In this document: piece after piece, positions 22,409 through 29,719 of the stretch | Layout of the letters: every line of letters starts with the position of its first letter | Position numbering within the stretch: the first letter of the stretch is position 1 | Source: a secondary endosymbiont of Trabutina mannipara | GTDB taxonomy: Bacteria; Pseudomonadota; Gammaproteobacteria; Enterobacterales; Enterobacteriaceae | Length of the DNA: 32,000 nt | Direction: 5' to 3' | NCBI RefSeq assembly: GCF_900090215.1 | Contig: NZ_LT594522.1 | Coordinates: 1 to 32,000 of the forward strand | Program-made: the position numbers and the translations under genes | Notes under the pieces: model-generated | Told to the model about the DNA's origin: nothing | Database searches by the model: none | What the model saw: only the letters and a program-made list of their open reading frames with translations

Positions 22409-22530
22409 AGTTTATTTTATATAATTATACGGATAAAATGGTATTATACGCACCTTAAAGATTAAAGATATATAAAATAGGACAAAAGCATAAAATTTTA
22501 TCTTTTTATTTTTTAAAATTTTTATAAAAA

Positions 22531-22554
22531 TTTCTAGTTTAGATAAACTAGAAA
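22531..22554. repeat. Perfect inverted repeat with 11-bp arms and a 2-nt spacer (tttctagttta ga taaactagaaa) in the tsaD/rpsU divergent promoter region
   Basis: The reverse complement of 22531-22541 equals 22544-22554 exactly. It lies 59-82 nt upstream of the rpsU ATG. Confidence 0.7.
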
Positions 22555-22612
22555 AATAGTTAAAATTGAAATATATTTAGCATTAATAAATTTTTATTGA
22601 GGTAATATCAGC

Positions 22613-22828
22613 ATGCCAATAATTAAAGTTCGTGAAAATGAACCATTCGACGTAGCATTGCGTCGCTTTAAACGTTCTTGTGAAAAATCAGGAATTTTTG
22701 CCGAAGTTCGTCGTCGTGAGTTTTATGAAAAACCCACAACAAAGCGCAAACGTGCTAAAATATTTGCTATTAAACGTCATCTAAAAAAAATAGCTCGTGA
22801 GAATGTATATCGTAATCGTTTATATTAA
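22613..22828 (+). CDS. rpsU: 30S ribosomal protein S21
   Basis: [45 protein letters not shown] matches E. coli S21. The ORF is 71 aa. Confidence 0.96.
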   Translation: MPIIKVRENEPFDVALRRFKRSCEKSGIFAEVRRREFYEKPTTKRKRAKIFAIKRHLKKIARENVYRNRLY

Positions 22829-22829
22829 A

Positions 22830-22871
22830 CTAGTAACTTAGCTAAAAGCTCTAGTAACTTAGCTAAAAGCT
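22830..22871. repeat. Perfect tandem duplication of a 21-bp unit (ctagtaacttagctaaaagct x2) in the rpsU/dnaG spacer
   Basis: Read directly at 22830-22850 and 22851-22871. It begins 2 nt after the rpsU stop. Confidence 0.9.
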
Positions 22872-22908
22872 AAATTAGCTACACAGTAAAAAGTGCTTAT
22901 CTAAAATT

Positions 22909-24654
22909 ATGTCTTTAAAAATTCCACGTGTATTTATTAATAATTTATTGGCACGTACTGATATTGTTAATTTAATAAATACACGTATAAAATTAAAAAA
23001 GAAAAGCAAAAATTTTTATGCTTGCTGTCCGTTTCATTATGATAAAATTCCTTCTTTTGTTGTAAATAGTGAAAAGCAGTTTTACCATTGTTTTGGTTGT
23101 GGAGCACATGGTAATGCTATTGATTTTTTAGTAAATTACGAACGTATAGATTTTATCGAAACTATTGAAGAACTTGCAGCTTATCAAGGTATAGAAGTAC
23201 CATATGAAAAAAAATTTTCAAATAAAAATGAACTAAGTTATCGACAAAATTTATATAAATTAATGAATAAAATAAGTTGTTTCTACCAACATAATCTAAA
23301 AAAACAAACAACAGAAAAAGCTTATTATTATTTACAACAGCGCGGATTAAGCGAAAAAATTATTACTAATTTTAGTATAGGATTTGCACCATCTGGTTGG
23401 GATAATATTATTCATCGCTTTGGTTCTTCGAAGGAAGATCGAGCCTTATTAAATAAGGCTGGTATGATAATAAACAATAATAGCCAATCTTATGATCGTT
23501 TTCGAGAACGAATTATATTTCCAATTCACGATACACGTAGTCGTATTATCGGTTTCGGGGGACGTATGTTAGACGATAGACAGCCCAAATATATAAATTC
23601 TCCAGAAACAGAAATTTTTCATAAGGGACATCAGCTATACGGTCTGTATGAAGCTAAACAGCAGCATCTAGAATTAGAAAAACTACTAGTAGTAGAAGGA
23701 TATATGGATGTTATAATTTTAGCAGAGTTCAATATAAACTATGCAGTAGCCCTACTAGGAACTTCAATTACTATTGAACATATTAAGTTACTATATCGTA
23801 CTACTGATTTTGTAGTTTGTTGCTATGATGGTGATTTAGCTGGACGTAAAGCTGCTTGGAGTACACTAGAAAAAGCTCTTCCATATTTAAATGACGGTCG
23901 TCAGCTACGCTTTATGTTTTTAAAAGAAGGTGAAGATCCTGATAAACTAATACGAAAAATTGGGAAAGAAGCTTTTGAACAAAAAATTAAAAAATCATAT
24001 CCAATGTCTACATTTTTCTTTGAAACATTGATGCAACAGGTAGATTTAAGTAGTCCTGATGGTAGAACTAAACTAAGTAAGTTAGCATTACCGCTAATAG
24101 AAAAGATACCTGGAGATACATTACGTCTTTATTTACGTCAGCAGTTAGGTATTAAAATTGGTATTTTAGACGACAACAAATTAAATAAACTATTACAAAA
24201 TACAACAATAAAATTAAATATAAAGTCTCCGTATCAGTGTATAAAAATAACAACTATGCGTAGTTTGATAGGATTATTAGTACAATATCCACGTTTGTCT
24301 AATTTAGTACCAACAGTACAAGGTTTAGAACAAGTAAGTCAACCTGGAGTATCGTTATTTGTTGAATTAGTTAAAACATGCAAATTATATCCTGAAATAA
24401 CTACAGGACAATTATTAGAGTATTATAGAGATAATAAATACCACCATCAGCTTGAAACTTTAGCAATATGGAACCATCTAATAAAAGATCAATTGATAGA
24501 GCAAATGTTTATTGATATTTTAATTAATTTTTACGATTCTATACTTGAAAAACGTCAAGAAAAACTTATTGCAATCGATCGTATTCAAGGATTGACAGGT
24601 GATGAAAGAAGAGAACTTTGGTTGCTAAATAAAACACTAGCTAAAACATTTTAA
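22909..24654 (+). CDS. dnaG: DNA primase
   Basis: It has the zinc-binding motif (CCPFH.DK.PSF.V......YHCFGCGAHGNAIDFL), the Toprim region (VVEGYMDVI, CYDGD.AGRKAAW) and a C-terminal DnaB-interaction domain. The ORF is 581 aa, as in E. coli. Confidence 0.94.
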   Translation: MSLKIPRVFINNLLARTDIVNLINTRIKLKKKSKNFYACCPFHYDKIPSFVVNSEKQFYHCFGCGAHGNAIDFLVNYERIDFIETIEELAAYQGIEVPYEKKFSNKNELSYRQNLYKLMNKISCFYQHNLKKQTTEKAYYYLQQRGLSEKIITNFSIGFAPSGWDNIIHRFGSSKEDRALLNKAGMIINNNSQSYDRFRERIIFPIHDTRSRIIGFGGRMLDDRQPKYINSPETEIFHKGHQLYGLYEAKQQHLELEKLLVVEGYMDVIILAEFNINYAVALLGTSITIEHIKLLYRTTDFVVCCYDGDLAGRKAAWSTLEKALPYLNDGRQLRFMFLKEGEDPDKLIRKIGKEAFEQKIKKSYPMSTFFFETLMQQVDLSSPDGRTKLSKLALPLIEKIPGDTLRLYLRQQLGIKIGILDDNKLNKLLQNTTIKLNIKSPYQCIKITTMRSLIGLLVQYPRLSNLVPTVQGLEQVSQPGVSLFVELVKTCKLYPEITTGQLLEYYRDNKYHHQLETLAIWNHLIKDQLIEQMFIDILINFYDSILEKRQEKLIAIDRIQGLTGDERRELWLLNKTLAKTF

Positions 24655-24794
24655 AATAATGAAGATTATTTCCCTAAAATATCTAGTATAAAGTAGAATT
24701 ACTACTTCTGCTATCAAAGATAAGATAGCCTATATTATTAGCCATACGTAATTAACATCTAATATTAATAATATTAATTTAGTGGATACTTTTT

Positions 24795-26615
24795 ATGGAG
24801 CAAAATTCGAAGTCACAGCTCAAGCTACTTGTAAAACGTGGTAAAAAGCAAGGTTATTTGACTTTTTCCGAAGTAAACGACCATCTTCAGGATGAAGTTG
24901 TAGATCCTGATCATATAGAAGACATTATTCAGATGATAAATAATATGGGCATACAAGTGATGGAAGATACACCTGAAGTTGATGATATGTTGCTGGTAGA
25001 TTCTGATAATGATGAAGATACGGTAGAAGCAGCAACACAAGTTTTATCTAGCGTTGAATCTGGACGTACTAACGATCCAGTACGGATGTATATGCGTGAA
25101 ATGGGTACAGTGGAACTCTTAACTAGAGAAGGTGAAATTGATATTGCTAAACGTATAGAAGATGGTATAAATCAAGTTCAATGTTCAGTTGCTGAATATC
25201 CTGAAAACATAATTTATTTATTAAAACAGTATACTCTGATTGAATCAGGAGATGCTCGTTTATCTGAGCTTATAACTGGATTTATTGATCCTAATGTGGA
25301 AGATTCTATTTTTCCCAATGCAATTCATGTTGGTTCTAAATTAACTACCAACGAAATTGAAGATGTTGAAGAAGATCATGTTGATAGCCCCTATTTAGAT
25401 AGTAGCATCGATCCTGAACTGGCAAAACAAAAATTTATGAGACTACGTGAGCAGTACGAAATAACTAGTAATGTTATAAAACAACATGGACGTAATCATG
25501 AAAAATCAACTTTAGCAATTATAAATCTTTCTGATGTATTTAAACAATTTCGTTTAGTACCAAAGCAATTTAATTATCTAATAAACAATATGCGTACGAT
25601 GATGGATCGTGTGCGCACTCAAGAACGTATTATTATGAAGCTTTGCGTTGAAATTAGCAAAATGCCGAAAAATAATTTTATTACTCTATTTTCTGGTAAT
25701 GAAACTAATTCAAGTTGGTTTAAAACTGCAATAGATATGAATAAACCATGGTCAAAAAAATTGCATGAATTTGATAGTGATATACATTGCAGTTTACATA
25801 AATTACGACAAATTGAAGAAGAAACTGGTCTAACCATCAATCAAGTAAAAGATATTAACCGTCGTATGTCTATTGGTGAAGCTAAAGCACGACGTGCTAA
25901 AAAAGAAATGGTAGAAGCAAATTTACGTTTAGTTATCTCTATAGCTAAAAAATATACTAATCGTGGATTACAATTTCTAGATTTAATTCAGGAAGGAAAC
26001 ATAGGTTTAATGAAAGCGGTAGATAAATTTGAATATCGCCGCGGTTATAAGTTTTCAACCTATGCAACTTGGTGGATTCGTCAGGCTATTACTCGTTCCA
26101 TTGCTGATCAGGCACGCACTATCCGTATTCCAGTACATATGATTGAAACTATAAATAAGCTAAATCGTATATCTAGACAAATGTTGCAAGAAATAGGACG
26201 CGAACCAAATCCAGAAGAACTGGCTGAATATATGCTTATACCTGAAGATAAGATCCGTAAAATAATGAAAATTGCTAAAGATCCCATTTCTATGGAGACT
26301 CCTATTGGAGAAGACGAAGATGCACATCTAGGAGATTTTATTGAAGATACAACACTAGAACTACCATTAGATTCTGCTACTTCTGAAAGTTTACGTGTAG
26401 CCACTCATGCTAGTCTTGCAGGACTTACTGCACGTGAAGCTAAGGTTTTGCGTATGAGATTTGGTATAGATATGCATACAGATCATACTTTAGAAGAAGT
26501 TGGAAAGCAATTTGATGTTACTCGTGAACGTATTCGTCAAATTGAAGCGAAAGCACTACGTAAATTACGTCATCCTAGTAGATCTGATGTTTTACGAAGT
26601 TTTTTAGAGGATTAA
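24795..26615 (+). CDS. rpoD: RNA polymerase sigma factor RpoD (sigma70)
   Basis: [28 protein letters not shown] (region 1.2), [63 protein letters not shown] (region 2) and the region 4 helix-turn-helix [15 protein letters not shown]...[33 protein letters not shown] are present. Confidence 0.97.
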   Translation: MEQNSKSQLKLLVKRGKKQGYLTFSEVNDHLQDEVVDPDHIEDIIQMINNMGIQVMEDTPEVDDMLLVDSDNDEDTVEAATQVLSSVESGRTNDPVRMYMREMGTVELLTREGEIDIAKRIEDGINQVQCSVAEYPENIIYLLKQYTLIESGDARLSELITGFIDPNVEDSIFPNAIHVGSKLTTNEIEDVEEDHVDSPYLDSSIDPELAKQKFMRLREQYEITSNVIKQHGRNHEKSTLAIINLSDVFKQFRLVPKQFNYLINNMRTMMDRVRTQERIIMKLCVEISKMPKNNFITLFSGNETNSSWFKTAIDMNKPWSKKLHEFDSDIHCSLHKLRQIEEETGLTINQVKDINRRMSIGEAKARRAKKEMVEANLRLVISIAKKYTNRGLQFLDLIQEGNIGLMKAVDKFEYRRGYKFSTYATWWIRQAITRSIADQARTIRIPVHMIETINKLNRISRQMLQEIGREPNPEELAEYMLIPEDKIRKIMKIAKDPISMETPIGEDEDAHLGDFIEDTTLELPLDSATSESLRVATHASLAGLTAREAKVLRMRFGIDMHTDHTLEEVGKQFDVTRERIRQIEAKALRKLRHPSRSDVLRSFLED

Positions 26616-26694
26616 TTTTAAAACTATAGTATTTTGTCTATATTTGAAAATATAATATTGTTTTTTTTATCATTTCTAATATTATTGTATTTTA

Positions 26695-26767
26695 GGCCCT
26701 TTAGCTCAGTGGTTAGAGCAGGCGACTCATAATCGTTTGGTCGCTGGTTCAAATCCAGCAGGGGCCA
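26695..26767 (+). tRNA. ileX: tRNA-Ile2 (anticodon CAU, predicted lysidine-modified, ileX-like); 3' CCA not encoded
   Basis: A cloverleaf can be drawn: acceptor ggccctt/aggggcc, D arm gctc-agtggtta-gagc, anticodon arm ggcga-ctCATaa-tcgtt, variable loop tggtc, T arm gctgg-ttcaaat-ccagc. It is near-identical to E. coli ileX as I recall it and occupies the same position downstream of rpoD. The discriminator A is followed by ata, not CCA. Elongator tRNA-Met is the alternative reading of CAU. Confidence 0.8.
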
Positions 26768-26914
26768 ATAAATTTTAAAATTTAAGATTAGTATAAATTT
26801 TTCTATTTAACGATAGAATAAAATTAAAATTAGTCCTATACTAATAATATTGACAATAATACACATAATATATAAAACCTCTTTTTTTTATCTCTTTTTT
26901 TATATTTTATTGTT

Positions 26915-27291
26915 ACTTCTAAGACCTTAGGTGAACGAGGGAGGAATCAGTACTCTATCATCTACATAAAAATCAAGACCGCAAAACAAAAGACACAAGA
27001 TATATTAGTCAAGTACAGAACAGGAATACGTTCTTTAATTCTACTTTAATTCTAAAGTAATTCTAAGTATAACTTTTTAAACCAAAAGGATGCGTTTTCT
27101 ATAAGTTAATCTTGCAGTATATATTTCTATTGGTAAATCTAATGGAAGAAAAAAACTTGATAACACCAAGTGCCAATGCTTCATCCCAAGGATTGTCGGT
27201 ACCATGACCATAATAAATATGTGCAGAATTAAATGTACTAAACGCCCAGCGCAGCATATACTATTTCAGTTATACAAATTTTATTACTCAT
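26915..27291 (-). pseudogene. prmB: Ribosomal protein L3 glutamine methyltransferase PrmB (YfcB) pseudogene; N-terminal remnant only
   Basis: Minus-strand fragments [40 protein letters not shown] and FYVDDRVLIP match E. coli PrmB ([50 protein letters not shown]). They sit in three different frames with stops between them. The SAM-dependent methyltransferase domain is absent. Confidence 0.75.
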
Positions 27292-27351
27292 TTTTCATAA
27301 ATAAATGTTAAAATGTGTAGTAAATTTTTTCATCATTACTATTTTTTGTTT

Positions 27352-27978
27352 TTAGTTTTTTGCTTTTGATACCGTTACCATTGCTGGACGAATAAGCCGT
27401 CCGTTAAGAGTATATCCTTTTTGCATAACCATAATAACTTGATTAGGTTCATGCTCATCAGATTCAATTAAAGTCATAGCTTGATGTATCTCAGGATTAA
27501 ATGGTACTTGAGAATCTCCTACAACATTCAGTCCAAATTTATTTACAACATCTAATAAAGATTTAAGTGTTAGTTCAATTCCTTCAATAGTAGATGCTAG
27601 CATACTATTTTTTTTATCTGACATATCTAGTGCGCGTTCTAAATTATCGATAACAGGCAATAGTTCACTAGTAAAACGTTCCAGTGCAAATTTGTGCGTT
27701 TTCTCAATATCCTGCTCACTACGTCGGCGTAGATTTTCAATCTCTGCTTTAGCACGCAGTACATTATCACGTTCTTTTTGTTGCAATTGGACTAATTCTG
27801 TCTCTAATTCTAAAATACGTTTTTCTTTTAGATCTAAAGATTTATTGAAATCAACTTCAGTATCTTGATATTGTTCTTGATCTTCTAAATTTTTTTCTTT
27901 ATTTTTTATTTTTTCACTTATTTTACTTTCTTTTGATGTTGGCTCATTAAGGGGGGTATTTTGTTCTTTATCACTCAT
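27352..27978 (-). CDS. grpE: Nucleotide exchange factor GrpE
   Basis: MSDKEQ.TP...AE.ENLRRR.E.DIEK.HKFALE.F..ELLPVID.L.RAL...[17 protein letters not shown]...[20 protein letters not shown] matches E. coli GrpE. I placed the start at Met21 of the listed ORF, which corresponds to E. coli MSSKEQ and has ggaga 10 nt upstream. The 20 upstream codons overlap the sigma32 promoter. Confidence 0.92.
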   Translation of the reverse strand: MSDKEQNTPLNEPTSKESKISEKIKNKEKNLEDQEQYQDTEVDFNKSLDLKEKRILELETELVQLQQKERDNVLRAKAEIENLRRRSEQDIEKTHKFALERFTSELLPVIDNLERALDMSDKKNSMLASTIEGIELTLKSLLDVVNKFGLNVVGDSQVPFNPEIHQAMTLIESDEHEPNQVIMVMQKGYTLNGRLIRPAMVTVSKAKN

Positions 27979-28011
27979 TATGAGTTTTCTCCAAGGTCTA
28001 ATTTGGATATT

Positions 28012-28038
28012 AGATGGGGATGAATATATAATATTCAA
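28012..28038 (-). promoter_or_regulatory. Sigma32 (RpoH) heat-shock promoter for grpE
   Basis: The minus strand reads TTGAAT-N13-CCCCATCT. The established sigma32 consensus is CTTGAAA-N13-15-CCCCATNT. The -10 element ends 33 nt upstream of the grpE ATG. A CCCC run is rare in this AT-rich DNA. Confidence 0.7.
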
Positions 28039-28299
28039 TGGTTATTATTAATTTTAGTAAGTTATTAAATAACTAAAAATATTTCAATAAACTTTTTTTA
28101 AAAGTATGATAATACTAAATTAGCATTCTAACAATTCTAACAATTTAATTTATTGTAAAAAAATTTATTTTATAAAAAATATATACTTAAATTTTATTTA
28201 AGTTTTAAAATTTTTTAAGTACCTCTTTACATTTATAAAATAAATATTTTTACAATAAAAATTTTAGATAGCATAAAATATTCAATATACCAATATACT

Positions 28300-28758
28300 A
28301 TGAAAAAATATCAATCAGGAATAATTAATATTTGGCAAAATAAACATATCAAACATAAATTCTTCATTGAGAAAGAATTAGAAGCTGGTCTATCTTTACA
28401 AGGATGGGAAGTAAAATCGCTACGTGTTAATAAATTTAATATTAATAATAGCTATGTTATACTTAAACATGGTGAAGCTTATCTTTTGGGTGCTATTTTC
28501 CAACCAATAAATATTTCTTTTTTTGATTCAATGCGAATTCGTAAATTATTACTAAATAAGAATGAATTAAGTTTACTGTTCAGTAAAATTAAGCGTACTG
28601 GTTATACAGTAGTACCACTATCTCTTTATTGGAAGAAATCTTGGGTAAAAATAAAAATAGGAATAGCTAAAGGTAAAAAAGAATATGATAAACGTACAGA
28701 TATTAAAAAAAGAGAATGGAATATTGACAAAGCACGTATTAGAAAATATAATATTTAA
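28300..28758 (+). CDS. smpB: SsrA-binding protein SmpB
   Basis: [61 protein letters not shown] are colinear with E. coli SmpB. The ORF is 152 aa and ssrA follows immediately. Confidence 0.93.
   Translation: MKKYQSGIINIWQNKHIKHKFFIEKELEAGLSLQGWEVKSLRVNKFNINNSYVILKHGEAYLLGAIFQPINISFFDSMRIRKLLLNKNELSLLFSKIKRTGYTVVPLSLYWKKSWVKIKIGIAKGKKEYDKRTDIKKREWNIDKARIRKYNI
28724..28752 (+). promoter_or_regulatory. Perfect consensus sigma70 promoter (TTGACA-N17-TATAAT) inside the smpB 3' coding end, positioned to drive ssrA
   Basis: TTGACA lies at 28724-28729, the spacer is 17 nt, and TATAAT lies at 28747-28752. The mature tmRNA 5' G (28762) is 10 nt downstream of the -10 element. Confidence 0.6.
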
Positions 28759-28761
28759 TAT

Positions 28762-29142
28762 GGGGCTGATTTATGGATTTGACGAAATTTGCGAAACCTA
28801 AGGTGCATGTCGAGGTGAGGTTTGCCTCGTAAAAAGCCTCAAAAAAATAAATGCAAATCAATTGCAATATGAATCTGCTTTAGCAGCTTAATCAGTTTAA
28901 TAAACTGAAGATTCCCTTTCTATCCTCTATTTTCTCTTTAAAAGGAATTTAAGAAAGGTTACAAATAAAAGAGATCGCGTTAAATTTTTGTCTGAGGATA
29001 AAACGTTAAATTTAATCAGACTAATTTATTAGTATAACGTGTCAGTTCGTTATTAATAATTAAAATTTAAAATTGTACTAAACATGTAGTGCTAAAGAAG
29101 TAGAAATTTCGGACGCGGGTTCAAATCCCGCCAGCTCCACCA
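28762..29142 (+). ncRNA. ssrA: tmRNA (SsrA), one-piece, 3' CCA encoded
   Basis: The 5' end GGGGCTGATTTATGGATTTGACG.AATTTGCGAAACC.AAGGTGCATG and the 3' end GGACGCGGGTTCAAATCCCGCCAGCTCCACCA match the E. coli ssrA tRNA-like domain. The tag ORF at 28853-28891 (resume codon GCA) reads ANQLQYESALAA then TAA. Confidence 0.95.
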
Positions 29143-29162
29143 TAAAATATAACGATATAAAA

Positions 29163-29648
29163 TTAAAATCTAATTTTTTTACGATATCTACATTGCTGAA
29201 AAAACTTACTAAGTTGTAATGAACATTGCTGTGCTTGTATGCCACTATTTATTATAATTTTATGATTAATATTTTTATTTTTTAATATATTTAAAAATGA
29301 TCCTGCAGCACCATTTTTTTTAGCTTTAGCTCCAAAAACTAAACGACTAATTCTAGCATGTATCATTGCACCAGCACACATTATACATGGTTCTAAAGTA
29401 ACATACATAATTGATTCTAACAATCTATAATTTTTTATTCGTTGTCCTCCTTGACGTAGAGCTATAATTTCAGCATGAGCTGTAGGATCATTATGTCCTA
29501 TGGAACTATTCCAACCTTCTCCTATAATATTTCCATTTAAGATTAATACAGCACCTACCGGTATTTCTTCTTCTACTTCAGCACGTTCAGTTAGCATTAA
29601 AGCATGATTCATCCATAATTTATCACTATAATTCATATAAATATCCAT
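29163..29648 (-). CDS. tadA: tRNA-specific adenosine-34 deaminase TadA
   Basis: W...AL.L...A....E.PVGAVL......IGEGWN..IG..DPTAHAEI.ALRQGG....NYRL....YVTLEPC.MCAGAM.H.RI.R.VFGA match the CDA zinc motifs (HAE, PCxxC). The start could be Met1 or Met5. The gene is convergent with ssrA across a 20-nt gap. Confidence 0.9.
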   Translation of the reverse strand: MDIYMNYSDKLWMNHALMLTERAEVEEEIPVGAVLILNGNIIGEGWNSSIGHNDPTAHAEIIALRQGGQRIKNYRLLESIMYVTLEPCIMCAGAMIHARISRLVFGAKAKKNGAAGSFLNILKNKNINHKIIINSGIQAQQCSLQLSKFFQQCRYRKKIRF

Positions 29649-29719
29649 ATTTTAAAAAATTAGATTAAACTGAATAAGTAATTTTTTTTAAAATATTAAT
29701 TTTAAAATTTATTATAATA

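Noticed and set aside
24544-24580. CTTGAAA inside the 3' end of dnaG as the counterpart of the E. coli internal heat-shock promoter for rpoD.
   Set aside because: No CCCCAT-like -10 element follows at 13-15 nt; the sequence there is aaaacttatt. A lone -35-like heptamer in coding sequence is not evidence.
16679-27300. Horizontal transfer or assembly chimerism as the cause of the higher-GC block.
   Set aside because: The genes are core housekeeping genes in native enterobacterial synteny (pcnB-dksA-erpA, cca...tsaD-rpsU-dnaG-rpoD-ileX). Spacers within the block are as AT-rich and repeat-laden as elsewhere. Differential constraint is the simpler explanation.
27979-28038. A 20-codon N-terminal extension of grpE in the ORF track.
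   Set aside because: GrpE homology starts at MSDKEQ (27978), which has a ggaga RBS. The extension coincides with the sigma32 promoter and leader.
28760-28767. atgggg at the smpB/ssrA junction, which is CCCCAT on the minus strand, as a second sigma32 -10 element.
   Set aside because: It is simply the GGGG of the conserved tmRNA 5' acceptor stem. There is no TTGAA at the right spacing and no minus-strand gene to drive.
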